From a bacterium (GTDB lineage Bacteria; Bdellovibrionota_C; UBA2361; CALJRW01), in NCBI GenBank assembly GCA_031385045.1, contig JANNBC010000024.1:1-64000 (forward strand): a stretch of 64,000 nucleotides of DNA. The letters are read 5' to 3'. This document shows, piece after piece, positions 19,830-29,507 of the stretch (position 1 is the first letter of the stretch; each line of letters opens with the position of its first letter). Position numbers and translations under genes: made by a program. Under the pieces are notes generated by a model, which saw nothing but the letters and a program-made list of their open reading frames with translations, was not told where the DNA came from and did not search any database.

Positions 19830-21111
19830 GTTTATCTTCGCACTTCTGCTATTATTGACACCATCAATGCTTACAGCGGCTACCCAATCACATGTCGCCT
19901 TAGTCGATATGAATTTGATGATCTTGCCAGGCACTCAAGGGTACTTAGAAAATGCTATTGCGCAAGCCAAGGAGAGTGGCGCTAAATTAATTATTGTTAA
20001 ATTAAATACTCCAGGTGGAATGCTACAGACTTCTCAAGAGATGATTCAAAAGATCTTTGAGTCGCCGATTCCAATAGTTATTTACGTCTCACCTACTGGA
20101 GCAACCGCGGCTTCTGCTGGAGTGTTTATTACTATGGCTGGACATGTTGCAGTAATGTCGCCAGGAACAAGTATCGGTGCCGCACATCCAGTCTCTAGTG
20201 ATGGCAAGGATATTGAAGGGGACATGCGTAAGAAAGCTGAAAACATGACTATTGCTATGGTTAGGTCGATTAGTGAACGGCGCGGTCGTAATATTGATTG
20301 GGCGGAGGAGTCAGTTAAAAATAGTTCCTCGATTACTGCTAATGAGGCAGTTCAAAAAAAGGTTGTTGATTTTATTGCTAGCGATCTAATTGATCTTTTA
20401 AAACAATTGAAAGGCAAAAAAATTATTCTAAATGATCAAGAATTTATTCTAGGAGATTATTCTGAGTTGCCAATCGTGTCTTATGAAATGTCGCTCAAGA
20501 ATAAAGTTGTTAATGTTATGTCGAATCCAAGCGTTGCCGCCCTGTTATGGCTTGGGGCGACAACGGGACTTTCGATCGAATTATATAGTCCTGGAGCAAT
20601 CTTGCCGGGAGTGGTCGGGGTTATTTGTCTTGTCCTAGCGATGGCCGTAATGCAAATTATTCCGATTACTCAAACTGGAATGATCTTGTTAGGAGTTGGA
20701 GCTTTAATGCTGGCTTCGGAAATGTTTATTCCCAGTGGGGTTTTGGCAATCGGTGGAATTTTTGCGATTGTGATTGGGGCAATTTACCTAGTGGATCCAT
20801 CAACTGCGCCAGGACTCTCGGTTAATTTAAATTTACTAATTCCATTTGCGATCTGTTTATCTGGATTAATGCTTTGGGTCCTTAGAGAGCTATTAAAAGC
20901 TAAGAATCAAGCGATTACAACTGGAACTCCTGGTCTGATTGGTGAGCGGGTGCAAATTGATCTAAATTATTTAAAAAGACAAACAATTTTTGTAAATGGG
21001 GAAATCTGGAATGCCGAGTTACAAAATGACTCGCCAGCTGTTCTAGAAAATGATACCGTAGAGGTCGTAGAAGTCAAAGACGGATTAGTTCTAGTCATTA
21101 AAAAAGTTTAG
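19822..21111 (+). CDS. nfeD: NfeD family membrane-bound serine protease
   Basis: LNTPGG, AASAG, PGTSIGAAHPV, TM region, C-terminal OB domain (GEIWNA). Confidence 0.93.
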   Translation: MPKFIFALLLLLTPSMLTAATQSHVALVDMNLMILPGTQGYLENAIAQAKESGAKLIIVKLNTPGGMLQTSQEMIQKIFESPIPIVIYVSPTGATAASAGVFITMAGHVAVMSPGTSIGAAHPVSSDGKDIEGDMRKKAENMTIAMVRSISERRGRNIDWAEESVKNSSSITANEAVQKKVVDFIASDLIDLLKQLKGKKIILNDQEFILGDYSELPIVSYEMSLKNKVVNVMSNPSVAALLWLGATTGLSIELYSPGAILPGVVGVICLVLAMAVMQIIPITQTGMILLGVGALMLASEMFIPSGVLAIGGIFAIVIGAIYLVDPSTAPGLSVNLNLLIPFAICLSGLMLWVLRELLKAKNQAITTGTPGLIGERVQIDLNYLKRQTIFVNGEIWNAELQNDSPAVLENDTVEVVEVKDGLVLVIKKV

Positions 21112-21217
21112 TAACTTATTTCATTCACTAGTGTTCTTCAACAAAGAAAATTGACTACATTTAATTTCCTTTTGGAAAATATTGTTTGTCATTACTTTAT
21201 TTAAAAAATAAAATCAT

Positions 21218-21961
21218 ATGGGAACTTCATTAATTGTTTTAGCCGTATTTTTAGTAATAGTATTAATGAATACTATTCATATTTTACCTGAATATGAACG
21301 AGCCGTAGTTTTTACTCTTGGTCGCTTAACTGGAATTAAAGGCCCAGGATTAATTATTGTCCTGCCATTTATTCAAAAAATTGTTCGCCTAGATATTCGA
21401 ACAATTACTATGGATGTTCCTTCACAGGATATTATTACTAAAGATAATATTACAGTTAAAGTTAATGCCGTACTTTACTATCGTGTAGTTGATCCTTCTA
21501 AGGCCTTAGTTCAGGTGGAAGATTATCATTACGCCACTAATCAGTTGGCTCAAACAACACTGCGTAGTGTTTGTGGAGAAGTGGAGCTAGATCAATTACT
21601 TTCTGAACGTGACGATATCAACCAAAGAATCCAACTAATTATTGATAAACAAACAGATCCTTGGGGTGTCAAAATATCTTTAGTGGAAATTAAAAACATT
21701 GACCTTCCACAAGAAATGCAAAGAGCAATGGCTAAGCAAGCTGAAGCTGAGCGCGAAAGAAGAGCAAAAGTTATTCAAGCTGAAGGTGAGTATCAAGCAG
21801 CTACTAAGTTAACTGAAGCTGCTGCCATTATGGCTAGTGAGCCGATTACTATTCAGTTACGTTACTTAGAGACTTTGCGAGATATCTCTGCTGAGAATAG
21901 TTCGACAGTTATCTTTCCAGTACCATTAGACTTTATGAGAGCCTTCCTCGATAAGAAATAG
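21218..21961 (+). CDS. Slipin/stomatin (SPFH, band 7) protein
   Basis: [33 protein letters not shown]; canonical partner of nfeD. Confidence 0.95.
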   Translation: MGTSLIVLAVFLVIVLMNTIHILPEYERAVVFTLGRLTGIKGPGLIIVLPFIQKIVRLDIRTITMDVPSQDIITKDNITVKVNAVLYYRVVDPSKALVQVEDYHYATNQLAQTTLRSVCGEVELDQLLSERDDINQRIQLIIDKQTDPWGVKISLVEIKNIDLPQEMQRAMAKQAEAERERRAKVIQAEGEYQAATKLTEAAAIMASEPITIQLRYLETLRDISAENSSTVIFPVPLDFMRAFLDKK

Positions 21962-21970
21962 GAATCTCAG

Positions 21971-22975
21971 GTGTCGTTTTTTAATTATCAATTACCACCC
22001 GAAAAAATCGCTCAGCGACCAGTCTATCCTTATGATCAAGCAAGGCTATTAGTGGTTGAGCGAAGTGCAAAACAATTAAGCGAAAGTACCTTTGCTAATA
22101 TTGCTCAATATTTAAATTCCAATGATCTACTGATTTTTAATAATACAGCAGTGAGGCCTTCTAGATTATTTGGAAAATTAGATACTGGTGGCCATGTAGA
22201 ATTATTATTGGTTAAGAGCTCTCAGCCATCTAGTTGGTGGTGTTTAGCTCGCCCCTTGAAAAAGTTAGTTGCCGGTAAAATTATTAATTTTGATCTAGGA
22301 TTGCAGGGTAAAGTAGTATCTCAATCTGAACAGCAAGTACTAATCAAATTTAATTTATCTGATCTACAAATTAAAGAAATTGCCCTTATGCCGATTCCTC
22401 CCTATATCCGCCGGGGACACGGGGATAGCCAAGACTTAATTGATTATCAGACTTGCTTTGCTGAGATTGAGGGTTCAATTGCTGCCCCCACAGCTAGTCT
22501 TCATTTTACTACAAATTTAATTGCTGAGATTAAAGCAAAAAAAATTGCCATTGAATATTTAACATTACATGTTGGTACAGCTAGTTTTCTACCACTGCAG
22601 TTTAGTGATCAAGATTCTATTACTCCACCAGGCTCGGAAGAATTTCTAGTTAGTGAAGATCTAATTAAAAAAATTATTGCGACTAAGGAAAACGGTGGTC
22701 GAGTAATCGCTGTTGGAACTACTGCTGTTAGAGCGCTAGAAAGTAGCAATTTAGAGATTAATAATTATGCTGGAGATACAAAACTCTTTATTCAGCCTGG
22801 CTATAAATTCAAAGTAATTGATGCTATGGTAACAAACTTTCACCAGCCAAGCACCACTCATCTAATGTTGGTGCAAGCTTTTATTGGAATAGATTTGATT
22901 ACTGCTAGTTATCAGTATGCACTAAACAATGATTTTCGATTCCTAAGTTATGGCGATGGGATGATTTGTCTATAA
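21971..22975 (+). CDS. queA: S-adenosylmethionine:tRNA ribosyltransferase-isomerase
   Basis: FNYQLPPEKIAQRP, PIPPYIRR, AAPTASLHF, VGTTAVRALES, RFLSYGDG. Confidence 0.96.
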   Translation: MSFFNYQLPPEKIAQRPVYPYDQARLLVVERSAKQLSESTFANIAQYLNSNDLLIFNNTAVRPSRLFGKLDTGGHVELLLVKSSQPSSWWCLARPLKKLVAGKIINFDLGLQGKVVSQSEQQVLIKFNLSDLQIKEIALMPIPPYIRRGHGDSQDLIDYQTCFAEIEGSIAAPTASLHFTTNLIAEIKAKKIAIEYLTLHVGTASFLPLQFSDQDSITPPGSEEFLVSEDLIKKIIATKENGGRVIAVGTTAVRALESSNLEINNYAGDTKLFIQPGYKFKVIDAMVTNFHQPSTTHLMLVQAFIGIDLITASYQYALNNDFRFLSYGDGMICL

Positions 22976-22981
22976 GCTATT

Positions 22982-24106
22982 ATGTCTTTAAATACTCATC
23001 AAATTTCAAAACAAGACGGAGAAGCTCGTCTGGGAAGCTACACAACCTTACATGGAAGTTTTGATACTCCCAATTTTATGCCTGTTGGCACCAAAGCCAG
23101 TGTCAAAGGCGTTGATGTTCAAAGATTAAAAGAAATTGGAACACAGATTACTTTAGTTAATACATATCATCTGTGGCTACGGCCTGGCCCCGAGTTGATT
23201 GAAAATTTTGGCGGGATTCATAAATTCTGTGGCTGGTCAGGACCAATTCTTAGCGATAGTGGTGGCTTTCAAATCTATAGTTTAAAGGCTATTAGAAAAT
23301 TAGAAGAGGAAGGAGTAACTTTTAAATCTCATCTTGATGGTAAGGTCTTATTTCTTTCTCCAGAAAAGGCTATTCAAATTCAAGAGGCTTATGGTGTTGA
23401 TGTTGCCATGGTTTTAGATGAGTGTCCTGATGCAACTTTAAGTTGGCAAAAAATTTCTGATTCACTTGATCGAACATTACGCTGGAGTAAAAGGTGTCTG
23501 GAGGCAAGACGCAAGCAAACAGCAATTTTTGGAATTACCCAAGGAGCCTTGTATCCTGATTTGCGACAAAAATCTGCCGAAGTATTAGCAGAGCAGAATT
23601 TTGATGGCCTAGCAATTGGCGGATTAAGCGTAGGAGAAACTACTGAACAGATGTATGAGGTGCTCAGTTATCATGTAAATCAGTTACCTAAAAATAAAAT
23701 TCGTTATCTAATGGGCGTAGGTACTCCTCAAGATATTACTGAGGCTGTCTATCGTGGAATAGATTTATTTGATTGTGTTATGCCAACTCGTTCAGGTCGC
23801 TTTGGTCGGGCTTTTGTCTCTGGAGAGCAGCCTTATATCAACGTTAAAAATTCTCAATATGCTACCTTGGATCAGGCAATCGATCCGAACTGTGATTGTT
23901 TCGCCTGCCAAACTTATTCATTAGCTTATGTCCATCATTTATTTAAAGTTGGTGAGATGTTAGGACCGCAATTACTTAGTATTCATAATTTACGGTATTA
24001 TCTGCGCTTAATGGAGGATATTCGTCTAGCGATCAAATTAGATAAATATGATCAGTTCCATAGTTTTGAGCAAAGTCGTTGGAACAATTTTAGGACTAAA
24101 GCGTGA
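22982..24106 (+). CDS. tgt: tRNA-guanine transglycosylase
   Basis: TPNFMPVGT, NTYHL, DSGGFQ, RYLMGVG, FDCVMPTR, CxCxxC Zn site. Confidence 0.97.
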   Translation: MSLNTHQISKQDGEARLGSYTTLHGSFDTPNFMPVGTKASVKGVDVQRLKEIGTQITLVNTYHLWLRPGPELIENFGGIHKFCGWSGPILSDSGGFQIYSLKAIRKLEEEGVTFKSHLDGKVLFLSPEKAIQIQEAYGVDVAMVLDECPDATLSWQKISDSLDRTLRWSKRCLEARRKQTAIFGITQGALYPDLRQKSAEVLAEQNFDGLAIGGLSVGETTEQMYEVLSYHVNQLPKNKIRYLMGVGTPQDITEAVYRGIDLFDCVMPTRSGRFGRAFVSGEQPYINVKNSQYATLDQAIDPNCDCFACQTYSLAYVHHLFKVGEMLGPQLLSIHNLRYYLRLMEDIRLAIKLDKYDQFHSFEQSRWNNFRTKA

Positions 24107-24555
24107 GATATGTAATTTTGATGTTACTTTTCGCAAATTGTAATTTACTTGCCGAGGTGGCAGTTCAAGATTTACAGTTAGGCGCTAAGCAAGATTCTTA
24201 TCTAGAAGATAGGGCTCTAGATATCACAGTTGATTTTAAACTAAATCCTGGCTGGCATATTTATTCTAAAGAGCCAGGTAAATTTGGTTTGCCAACAGAG
24301 TTGAAATTAACAAGTACTAGCAAGTTTTCTGCCAAGGAATGGGTTTATCCGACTCCCCAAAAATTTCAAGAACTAACAAATGATTTTACCTGGGGATATG
24401 CGAATCAGGCACATTTTTCTTTAGAATTAATTCCTCAGTATAATTTTAAGAAAAACCTTAATTTGCAAGTTGCAGTTAAATGGCTAGCTTGCAACCAAGA
24501 GCTTTGTGTCCCTGGGGAGCAATTGCTTAAACTTAGCTTACCTTACCAAGAATAA
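24103..24555 (+). CDS. Stand-alone DsbD N-terminal (DsbD-alpha-like) domain protein
   Basis: Signal peptide; PGWHIYSKEPGKFGLPT and WLACNQELCVP motifs. Confidence 0.85.
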   Translation: MRYVILMLLFANCNLLAEVAVQDLQLGAKQDSYLEDRALDITVDFKLNPGWHIYSKEPGKFGLPTELKLTSTSKFSAKEWVYPTPQKFQELTNDFTWGYANQAHFSLELIPQYNFKKNLNLQVAVKWLACNQELCVPGEQLLKLSLPYQE

Positions 24556-24559
24556 ATTT

Positions 24560-25075
24560 TTACTCGTTGCTGTTTTGATCTGGATCTTCATCCATTTCAT
24601 GCTCTAGTTTTTTATTTTGATTTCTGTAGGATCTTTGCTTGATAAAAGTCCAAGTAATAATACGAGAGGCCATGATTACTAGTAAGCTGATGATGACAGC
24701 GATAATTGCGAGTGGTGTTTCTCCTAGGCCAGCTAGAATACCAACTGCTGCAGTAAACCAAATATAGGCAGCAGTAGTTAGGCCGTTAACTGTTCCTCCA
24801 GAGCGAAAAATTGTCCCAGCTCCTAAGAAGCCAATCCCTGTTACAATCTGAGCGGCAATTCTTCCTGGGTCTGCTCCTGGCACATCTTCGGCGATAATTT
24901 TGGATGTAATTGTAAATAAGCAACTTCCTAGGCAAATTAAACTAAATGTTTTTGGGCCAGATGACTTTTTAGAAACTTTACGTTCTAGGCCAACAATTCC
25001 ACCTAGTAGCGAAGCAATTAGCAACATGCTAATCTCATCAGAGAAATGATTTGTTATTTCAATTATGTAATTCAT
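24560..25075 (-). CDS. mgtC: MgtC/SapB family membrane protein
   Basis: LGGIVGLER, DPGRIAAQIVTGIGFLGAG, GLTTAA. Confidence 0.93.
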   Translation of the reverse strand: MNYIIEITNHFSDEISMLLIASLLGGIVGLERKVSKKSSGPKTFSLICLGSCLFTITSKIIAEDVPGADPGRIAAQIVTGIGFLGAGTIFRSGGTVNGLTTAAYIWFTAAVGILAGLGETPLAIIAVIISLLVIMASRIITWTFIKQRSYRNQNKKLEHEMDEDPDQNSNE

Positions 25076-25126
25076 ATCAGAACTTTAGCCCGTTCTGAAA
25101 ATTTTCAAAATACTATTATTTATAGT

Positions 25127-25177
25127 TATACTAGGCGATATTAAAAAATTCCATTTTAAAATTAGTCGCCTAGTATA
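25127..25177. repeat. Short TA-bounded inverted-repeat element (MITE-like)
   Basis: Perfect 12-bp IR: TATACTAGGCGA (25127-25138) / TCGCCTAGTATA (25166-25177). Confidence 0.6.
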
Positions 25178-25278
25178 TCAAGCACGAAGTGCTTGAGGTG
25201 ACCCAAGGGGGTCACTAAGGTATTAAGATTTACGAAGTAAGGCTTAATACTGGGGAAGACAAATATACGAAAACCCCA
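25178..25278. repeat. Array of consecutive hairpins
   Basis: TCAAGCAC-GAA-GTGCTTGA; GTGACCC-AAGG-GGGTCAC; GTATTAAG..TTAC-GAA-GTAA..CTTAATAC; TGGGG...CCCCA. Confidence 0.65.
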
Positions 25279-25302
25279 ATAAACTAAAAATGCATTTTGC
25301 AT

Positions 25303-25378
25303 TTTGCCAAGCAGTACATTAACCCTTAATGGGTTTGAGTATATACGGCAGATGTTAATCTTGACACTGCTTTGCAAA
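25303..25378 (+). ncRNA. Candidate cis-regulatory RNA resembling the Na+-I (DUF1646 motif) riboswitch
   Basis: Outer stem TTTGC.AAGCAGT/ACTGCTT.GCAAA and inner stem ATTAAC/GTTAAT enclose CC..GGTTTGAGTATATACGGCAGAT; it ends 25 nt upstream of the CNNM transporter ATG. Family match is from memory of the consensus. Confidence 0.55.
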
Positions 25379-25403
25379 GCTCATAACTTATTTAAACAAC
25401 TTA

Positions 25404-26750
25404 ATGAGTTTAGTCTTACTTTTCTTAATCATTCTAATCCTAATCAACGCGCTTTATGTTGCCGCCGAGTTTGCTGCCGTTGGTGTCAGGCATACACAGG
25501 TAAAATCATATGCTGATAATGGTGATGCCTTAGCTAAAAAATTATTACCGATCTTAGATAATCCACTTAGTCTTGATCGCTATATTGCTTGTTGCCAGGT
25601 TGGTATTACTTTATCTAGTCTAGTTCTTGGGGCTTTTGGACAATTAACTTTAGGGGTGATGTTAGGTGATTTAATCATTGTTTTGTTTGACACTACTCCC
25701 GCTCAAGCTTATTCGGCTTCCTCTTTAATTACACTTTTTTTGCTCACAGCGGCACAAGTCATCTTTGGAGAATTATTACCAAAGTCGATCGCCTTACAGT
25801 TCCCCATTAAGACCGCGCTTTGGACAGTAATTCCAATGAGGTGGTCATTAAAAGTATTAGGACCCTTCATTACATTTTTAAATGGTAGCGGGGCACTTTT
25901 GCTAAAATTAATTAAGATTCAGCCAGCTCACCATGGGCATGTACATTCTCCGCAAGAAATTGCCATGTTGATAGCAGAAAGTCGTGATGGTGGTTACTTA
26001 GAAGAAGAAGAGTTTAAACGACTAAATCAGGCGCTAACATTATCTTCTAAGACAGCTCATCAAATTATGGTTCCACGTCAGGAGATTAGAGCAATTGATA
26101 TTGAATTGCCAATTGCTGAAATTGTAAAAAATTTGGTAGATAGCCCTTACACTAGATTACCTGTTTATCGGGATTCAATTGATAAAGTAATTGGCGTAGT
26201 CCGAGTTAAAGATTTAGTTACCAAGTATTCTCGAGAGGAAACCTTTAGCTCTATTGATGAGTTAATTACTCCAGTAACTTTAGTTCCGGAATCAATCAGT
26301 GCCGAAAGAGTATTAACATTACTTCGTGAAAAAGGTGCACATCAAGCCTTGGTTGTAGATGAGCATGGCTCCCTTAAAGGCTTAATTACTTTGGAAGATG
26401 TTCTATCCGAATTGTTTGGAGAGATTGCTGATGAATTTAAAGTTAAAGGCGAAGCAAATTTTGAAGCACTTGGCCCAGATCGCTTTCGTGTCCCGGGTAA
26501 AATTCGCTTAGATCATTTGGCTAGTAAAACAGGAATCGATTTTCAAGGCGATGCCGATACACTTAGTGGATACTTAGTCGAAAAATTAGGCTATCTTCCA
26601 AAAGGTAAGGAAATTTTGGAAGTTGATGGTTGGCGGATTCGCATTGAGAAAGTAAAAAACCATGTTGTTACAACTGCTGTCATTCGCAAATTAAAATCTT
26701 CAGATAACCTATCAGAGCCAGTTCTAATTCCAGAGGTGCAAGATAAATAA
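25404..26750 (+). CDS. CNNM/CorC (DUF21-CBS-CorC_HlyC, hemolysin family) transporter
   Basis: NALYVAAEFA, QVGITLSSL, FGELLPKSIA, YTRLPVY, VVDEHG, TLEDVL. Confidence 0.93.
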   Translation: MSLVLLFLIILILINALYVAAEFAAVGVRHTQVKSYADNGDALAKKLLPILDNPLSLDRYIACCQVGITLSSLVLGAFGQLTLGVMLGDLIIVLFDTTPAQAYSASSLITLFLLTAAQVIFGELLPKSIALQFPIKTALWTVIPMRWSLKVLGPFITFLNGSGALLLKLIKIQPAHHGHVHSPQEIAMLIAESRDGGYLEEEEFKRLNQALTLSSKTAHQIMVPRQEIRAIDIELPIAEIVKNLVDSPYTRLPVYRDSIDKVIGVVRVKDLVTKYSREETFSSIDELITPVTLVPESISAERVLTLLREKGAHQALVVDEHGSLKGLITLEDVLSELFGEIADEFKVKGEANFEALGPDRFRVPGKIRLDHLASKTGIDFQGDADTLSGYLVEKLGYLPKGKEILEVDGWRIRIEKVKNHVVTTAVIRKLKSSDNLSEPVLIPEVQDK

Positions 26751-28030
26751 TGACAGCGATAATTATCATCCTATCTCTAGTTCTATTGAATGGTTTATTT
26801 GTATTGGCTGAGTTCGCAATCTTGGCTGCTCCAAAAACAATTATTGAAGGACGGGCTAATCAAGGTGAGAAGCTTGCTCGTAAAGTTTTAGAATTAATTG
26901 AAAATCCTAAACTACAAGATCGTTATATTGGTACAGCTCAGCTGGGAATTACTTTTGCAAGCCTAGGTCTGGGGATGTATGGCGAGCATGTTTTGGCTCA
27001 TTGGATTTTTCAAAGATTTGAGTTACTTGGCGTTGCGAGTCTGCTCGGAGCTCATGCCTTAGCTACAGTATTATCTATTTCTATTTTAACTTTTTTGCAT
27101 ATTGTACTTGGTGAGGTAGTTCCAAAATCTTTAGCACTACAAAACAGTGAAAGACCAATTATGATTATTGCTCGTCCGATGATTTGGATTAGCTATTTAA
27201 TTTATCCACTTGTGGCGACTTTAAATTGGACTAGCTATTATTTGTTACGTGTATGTGGAATTCATCGCGAGGTTGCTTCTTCTCGTTTTTATACTCCAGA
27301 TGAATTAGAAATGATTGTAGAAAAAAGTCAGGAAGTAGGGTTAATTCATAAAGATTCTGGCAAAGTTATTAAGGATTTATTAAAATTTGGCGATCTTACT
27401 GCTTACTCTGCAATGACGCCTCGAGTTCATGTTGCGGGTATTCCGGTCGGTGCTGATTATGCCAAGTTGCGAGAATTAATAGGAGAAGATTCTCATACCA
27501 GATACCCTGTTTATAAAGAAAATTTAGATCATATTATTGGGGTAATTCACATTAAAGAAATCCTATCCATTTTAATTAATAAAAATTCGATTAGTGCTGA
27601 AGCTGTCCGCTCAATTCCCTATATCCCAGAAAATACTCCGCTTGATTCTGTTTTTAATACCATGCGTAACGAGCGCGCTCAAATGATCGTGGTGATGGAT
27701 GAGCATGGAGGAACTTCTGGAATTATTACAATTGAAGATTTATTTGAAGAGATTGTTGGCGAAATCGAAGAGGGTAGTAATGAAACTCCTGATATTGAAG
27801 ATCCAACAACAATTATTGTTAAAGGGACGGAGCGACTTGATGAGGTTGCTGAGGTCTTAGAGTCAGTATTAGAGCATGAAGATGTAGAAACAGTAAGTGG
27901 CTTGGTTTTAGCCCTCCTTGGTCGTCCACCGCTTGTTGGGGACAAGGTTAAGTTTCAAGGCTTAGAATTTAAGGTCTTAGGAATTGAAGGCCATGGTGTT
28001 TCTGAATGTCGTGTAAAGATTGTTTCTTAA
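26750..28030 (+). CDS. CNNM/CorC family transporter, second paralog
   Basis: NGLFVLAEFA, QLGITFASL, GEVVPKSLA, HTRYPVY, MDEHGG; TAATG stop/start coupling. Confidence 0.93.
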   Translation: MTAIIIILSLVLLNGLFVLAEFAILAAPKTIIEGRANQGEKLARKVLELIENPKLQDRYIGTAQLGITFASLGLGMYGEHVLAHWIFQRFELLGVASLLGAHALATVLSISILTFLHIVLGEVVPKSLALQNSERPIMIIARPMIWISYLIYPLVATLNWTSYYLLRVCGIHREVASSRFYTPDELEMIVEKSQEVGLIHKDSGKVIKDLLKFGDLTAYSAMTPRVHVAGIPVGADYAKLRELIGEDSHTRYPVYKENLDHIIGVIHIKEILSILINKNSISAEAVRSIPYIPENTPLDSVFNTMRNERAQMIVVMDEHGGTSGIITIEDLFEEIVGEIEEGSNETPDIEDPTTIIVKGTERLDEVAEVLESVLEHEDVETVSGLVLALLGRPPLVGDKVKFQGLEFKVLGIEGHGVSECRVKIVS

Positions 28031-28032
28031 AA

Positions 28033-28545
28033 TTATTTTTCTAGTAATTCCACATTCTCAGCACTTTGAATAATCCATTCTGTGCCAATCTTTTTTAGTT
28101 TGATAATTAATTCTTGAGCGAAGTCTTCGCTAGTAGCGTTACTTTTTTCTTTAATTGTAGCAACTGCCGTAAGAGTCACTTCTGCCTGTTTGCCGGTTAG
28201 GACAATTTTTTGATCTTTAAAGCGAACAGCTAATTCATCAAGATAGCTACGAGTTAAAGTCGCAAATTTGATTAACTGTTCGTGATTGTAAATTTTTTCT
28301 TTTTCTCCATGAGGAGTTTCTAGGGTAATTTCCACTTGATCTGCGAAGTTCTCAGCTAATTCTTTAGCTTTCTTAATTTGCTCAAAAGGGTGCAAGGTTT
28401 TCTTCGTAAAGCTTACTTCACTGGCAACGCGATTTAGGGTTGTTTTTACTAAGTCTAGATCGCTTACAAAGATATAGGATTTAGCAAACCAAAGTGTAAA
28501 GCAGGCTAAGGCTATTAATAGATATTTGGAGTTAATTTTTACCAT
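28033..28545 (-). CDS. Membrane-anchored NTF2-like hypothetical protein
   Basis: N-terminal TM, alpha-then-beta pattern, LKKIGTEWII C-terminal strand. Confidence 0.55.
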   Translation of the reverse strand: MVKINSKYLLIALACFTLWFAKSYIFVSDLDLVKTTLNRVASEVSFTKKTLHPFEQIKKAKELAENFADQVEITLETPHGEKEKIYNHEQLIKFATLTRSYLDELAVRFKDQKIVLTGKQAEVTLTAVATIKEKSNATSEDFAQELIIKLKKIGTEWIIQSAENVELLEK

Positions 28546-28961
28546 AAGAAAAAGATCTCTCCGATTAATCGATTTTTTTTGACCCGTCCAAAGTCAAGGG
28601 TCTCTGATAAATCAGAATTATAGATAATCACAAAATATTCAGTTGCTTCATTACTTCTTAGTTCGTAGTTGAAATGTCGAGGTAACACAAGATCGGATAG
28701 GTTTTGATCTAATTTTAGTTGGCCATTTTCAATCTGAACGCTTTCCATTGGTTGAGCTAAGACTTTTGCCAGTGTTACAACCTTTTCGCCTGCTAGTCGA
28801 ATTGCTACTAGTTGATTGTTTTGAGGATTAGCACAGAATCTACAGATGAAACCAAATCTTAAGGGAGAACTGAGATAGATAGGCTTAAAGAGATATGTAC
28901 AAACAATAATTGTTAATAAGGTTATGAGAAGTAAGCGCCAGGATTTTTTACTAAGATGCAT
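28539..28961 (-). CDS. Degenerate signal peptidase I (S26)-like protein
   Basis: TM followed by KVLAQPMESVQIENGQL, EYFVIIYN and DFGRVKKNRLIGEI, matching S26 boxes; catalytic Ser/Lys boxes are eroded. Confidence 0.6.
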   Translation of the reverse strand: MHLSKKSWRLLLITLLTIIVCTYLFKPIYLSSPLRFGFICRFCANPQNNQLVAIRLAGEKVVTLAKVLAQPMESVQIENGQLKLDQNLSDLVLPRHFNYELRSNEATEYFVIIYNSDLSETLDFGRVKKNRLIGEIFFLW

Positions 28962-29151
28962 ATTATCCTAAGTTTTAAAGCAGTTTGGTTTTCCAGCCTA
29001 CTGTGGCACTAGCGAATCGAGCTTTTATGTCACAAAAGTCACTTTTTCAGTTTCTTAGGTTTTTACAAGTAGCAGGGGAATTAGGGTTTAGTCTACTTGC
29101 TAATTATCAAGTAATTGCTATAAATTATGACTGAATATTTTACTTTGCACT

Positions 29152-29505
29152 ATGTTTAAATACCTGTCCCTATTATCCATTTTCTTAACTATTTCCACAA
29201 CAGATGTCTTTGCTCAGCAGGCTCAAACAACAGGCGATTTGCCACTGCCTGTTAAGTTAATGCAGATGGCTCCAATGTTCGTGATTGTTTTTCTAATATT
29301 TTATTTTTTAGTGGTTAAACCTCAAAATCAAAAACTTAAGGCTCATTTGCAGTTGTTAAATGAAATTAAGTCTGGGGATAAGGTGGTTACTGCGAGTGGA
29401 ATTTTTGGAAAAGTTGCCTCAATTGAAGAAGATAGTATTAGCTTAGAGGTTGCCCCAAATGTCAAAATCAAGTTTGATAAAGAGTTTATTACAAAAAAAG
29501 TTTAA
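29152..29505 (+). CDS. yajC: Preprotein translocase subunit YajC
   Basis: IFYFLVVKPQ, GDKVVTASGIFGKV; lies upstream of secD. Confidence 0.95.
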   Translation: MFKYLSLLSIFLTISTTDVFAQQAQTTGDLPLPVKLMQMAPMFVIVFLIFYFLVVKPQNQKLKAHLQLLNEIKSGDKVVTASGIFGKVASIEEDSISLEVAPNVKIKFDKEFITKKV

Positions 29506-29507
29506 TT

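Noticed and set aside
25162..25516. ORFs 25162..25377 (-) and 25304..25516 (+)
   Set aside because: They overlap the hairpin cluster, the riboswitch candidate and the CNNM start; the sequence is better explained as structured non-coding DNA/RNA
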